Below, piece by piece: positions 60,991 through 64,000 of a stretch of DNA of 64,000 bases. Position numbers and translations under genes: made by a program. This DNA comes from a virus. Taxonomy: Duplodnaviria > Heunggongvirae > Uroviricota > Caudoviricetes. Below the pieces are notes generated by a model. That model worked only from the letters and a program-made list of their open reading frames with translations, was not told the origin of the DNA and ran no database searches. The stretch is taken from IMG/VR virus record IMGVR_UViG_2875697941_000001; one strand, 5' to 3'. Each line of letters starts with the position of its first letter. Within the stretch, counting starts at the first letter, position 1.

Positions 60991-63900
60991 TCAACGAATA
61001 CTGATGCCGGAAGCGGCTTTTTTGGTCACAATCACCGTACAGTCGGTGATATTGCCTGCCCCCTGATTGCCTTTCTGGAAAATCTTAAACTCCAGAGTGA
61101 CGCTTCCCCTGCCACTCGGCATATCAATAACTGCACTGTAACTACCGGGAATGGCCCCTTTAGTTTCTCTGGATGCGATTAATACGCCGTTTTTGCGAAC
61201 TTCAAAACCATAACCCGTGTATCGCGTGCCTCCTGGGTTATTTCCGCTCCCCGGATCGTCATACGCTATACCGTTAAAAATAATGGGCGGAATAATAATC
61301 TGGCGGTCAAAGTTATGATCATCGCTGATGGTGACTGTAACCGTACCGTTTGGTGTTTCCGTGTTACCCCACGTACCGACTTTTTTCGGGAAGGCTTTTG
61401 ATACAGCTTTAACGAAATCTCCTCTGACCTGGGTCGCCTCCAGCATGCCCTTAATCGTACAGTTCTGGTTAATCGTGACATTGTTGAGCGTTCCTGAGTT
61501 CGCATTCACACTGCCACTGATATCCGCATTTTTCGCCGTCAGTCTCCCGTCTGATGTCAGGGAAAATGCCGGAGGATTACCGCCGCTGGTAATGGTGGGG
61601 GCCGTCAGGCGTTTCAGGAACACTTCATTCATGAATATCTGATCGCCCTGACCAACAAACATCGGCTTTGTGTTGCCATTCGCAGGATTAATCATCGCAA
61701 TCCTGTCTGCTGCCAGCAGCACCTGACTCTGCATGCCGTCAGGGGTGTTCTCAATACCGGCACCGATACCCGCAATATAAAGGCGTCCGTCCTGCATCTG
61801 CTGCAGCTTCACTGCCCACATGCTGTTCAGGTTATTATTTGTATCAACCTGAACCTTCTGTATCTGCTGGATCGCTGCACTCTGGTCTTCCAGTTTCTTA
61901 TTGACGGTCTGTGTTATTTCATTGCTGACATCCGTTATGGACGTCCTGATTTCAGTCAGGTCAGGCGCAAGCTGACCGTTATCAATCTGCGTCCACAGCT
62001 CCTGAGCCAGATGGGTTTTCCCTATCTCGCCTTTGAAAAAATCCAGATAGCCTGATGCATCATCACTCGGCTGACCGACAGCCTCCACGAATGCCGATTT
62101 GCCAACGGTGTTCACACTGCGAACGTAAAAATAATAATCATGGCCCGGTTTGATATTGATACTGGCGGCTATCCAGTACAGTGCCGTACCAAGATAACGC
62201 GCGCTGGTTTCAACCTGCCTGATATCCGCAATCCGTTTTTCCGAGAACCAGAACTCAAACTGTACCGTCGGGTCATAAACCGCAAGATGCGGCGTGGCGG
62301 TTATCTGAAAATAGCCCGGTGTCAGCTCAATCCGCGACGGCGCTGCCGGTGCGGCAATCCGGAACGATACCGATGCCGGATCGCCCTGCTGTCCCCACGC
62401 ATTTACCGCCCGGACTGTCAGCCTGTAGTTCCCCAACGCCAGTTGTGTGAAGCGGTATGTGGTTTCCGTCGTCCGGGCCGTGCTGACCAGCCGCTCACTG
62501 CCGTCGTCCGCTGTTACGGTCAGACGGAGCAGGAAGCTCACGCCCTTCACCACCTTCGGTGTGTCCCAGCGCGCCAGCACCTGATATTCCCCGCTGTCTG
62601 CGGTGACTTCGGCAGTCAGGTGCTGCACCGCTGGCGGCGTGACACCATTCACCGTGCCGCTCTGGTCGCCGTCAAAGTGCGCCCCGTTATCCACGATGGC
62701 CTCTTTTTCCGGCACATGCTGCACGGCGGTGATGGCATACGTGCCGTCGTCGTTCTCACGGATACTCACGCAGCGGAACAGTCGCTGGCGCAGCGTCGGC
62801 TGCTTCAGCCCCCACACGCTGTATCCGGCAACGCCGTCAGGAACACGGCTCACTTTTACCTTCACGCCGTCGGTGACGGACTGGACCTCCACGCTGACCG
62901 GATTGCCACTTCCGTCAACCAGGCTTATCAGCGTGGTACCGGAGGATGGCAGCGTGATTTCACGGTCGAGCGTCAGCGTCCGGGTCTGGCTGTTCACCGC
63001 CAGCACGCGCCCGCCGATGCTGATACCCGCATAGTCATCATCGCAGATTTCAATGACATCCCCCGGTACATGGCGAAGCCCTTCCGCACCCACGCTGAAG
63101 TCCACGGTCTGCGTTTCCAGCAGTTCCGTTTTAATCAGCCACAGCCCGGCGCGGTGCGCCTGCCCCCGGCTGGTACAGCCAAAGGCATCCATCTTCGTGA
63201 CGTTACGACCGTAACGGGCAATGGCCTGCGTATCTTCAACAAGCTCTGTCGCCGTCTCCCAGCCGTTGTTCGGGTCAATCCAGTTCACCTCAACGGCATT
63301 ATGGCGGTCCTTCAGGGCGCTGAAGCTGTAGCGGAACGGCGCGCCATCATCCGGCATCACCACATTACTGCGGTTATAGGTCCACACCTTATCCGACGGT
63401 CGGTCCTGCACGAACGTCAGCGCTGTGTGGTCAGGTACGCATTACAGGTGATGCGCGGCTCCGTGCCGCCAAAGCCGTCCGGCACTGACTGGTCGCAGTA
63501 CTGGCCGATGACATACAGCGCCCATTTGTCCACATCCGCCGCACCAAGACGTTTCCCCATGCCGTAGCGCGGGTGGGTCAGCATATCCCACAGACACCAG
63601 GCCGGGTTGTTGCTGTATGCCGGCTTAAACGTTCCGTCCCAGATACCGCTGTATTGCCGCGTCTGCGGGTTATAGTTCGACGGCACCTGCAGAATGCGCC
63701 CGCGAAGATGATAATTACGGCTCACCTGCTGGCTGCCGAACTGCTCCGAGTCCACCTGCACGCCGACCAGTGCCGTGTTCGGGTAGCACTGTTTCACATC
63801 GATGATTTCGGTGTATGACGACCAGAGCGTTTTGTTCTGCAGCTGGTCTGTGGTGCTGTCCGGCGTCATCCTGCGCATCCGGATATTAAACGGGCGCGGC

Positions 63901-64000
63901 GGCAGGCTACCCACCACCACCGAGGCCAGATACTGCGAGGTGGTTTTGCCCTTAATGGTGATGTCTTTTTCCGTCACCCAGCCACCATTACGCTGTATCT
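60991..64000 (-). pseudogene. J: Lambdoid host-specificity protein J, frameshifted; 5' end beyond window
   Basis: Two J-like ORFs in different frames: 63417-64000 ends ...[11 protein letters not shown]-stop, and 60991-63411 resumes at ...[11 protein letters not shown]; recalled lambda J has ~23 aa between, implying a ~70-bp deletion. Distal ~250 aa diverge from lambda J. Confidence 0.75.

Overview
The window is dominated by a ~56.7-kb P1-like phage-plasmid backbone in near-canonical P1 gene order: darB (partial), prt-pro, lyz, ssb, the dar antirestriction operon with lydA/lydB, a truncated cin next to a fixed tail-fibre module, baseplate and sit tail genes, immI (c4-icd-ant), kilA-repL-rlfAB, sheath and head genes, parS-parBA, repA with flanking iterons and a GATC/DnaA-box origin, and hrdC-dmt. 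Five C1-operator-like sites are recognisable. At ~56.74 kb the P1-like DNA ends inside a 3'-truncated dmt and abuts a lambdoid tail region (in-frame stf-tfa fusion, lom, frameshifted J running off the window). Candidate cargo not expected from the recalled P1 map: a HipA-family kinase with fused HTH, a T5orf172/GIY-YIG-like protein between the replication and partition loci, an exported lipoprotein pair beside immI, and a strongly acidic small protein at the end of the dar operon. No rRNA, tRNA, CRISPR array or IS element was recognised. All homology calls rest on motifs read from the translations plus recalled knowledge of P1 and lambda; no database search was possible, and several P1 gene names are assigned by size and synteny only.
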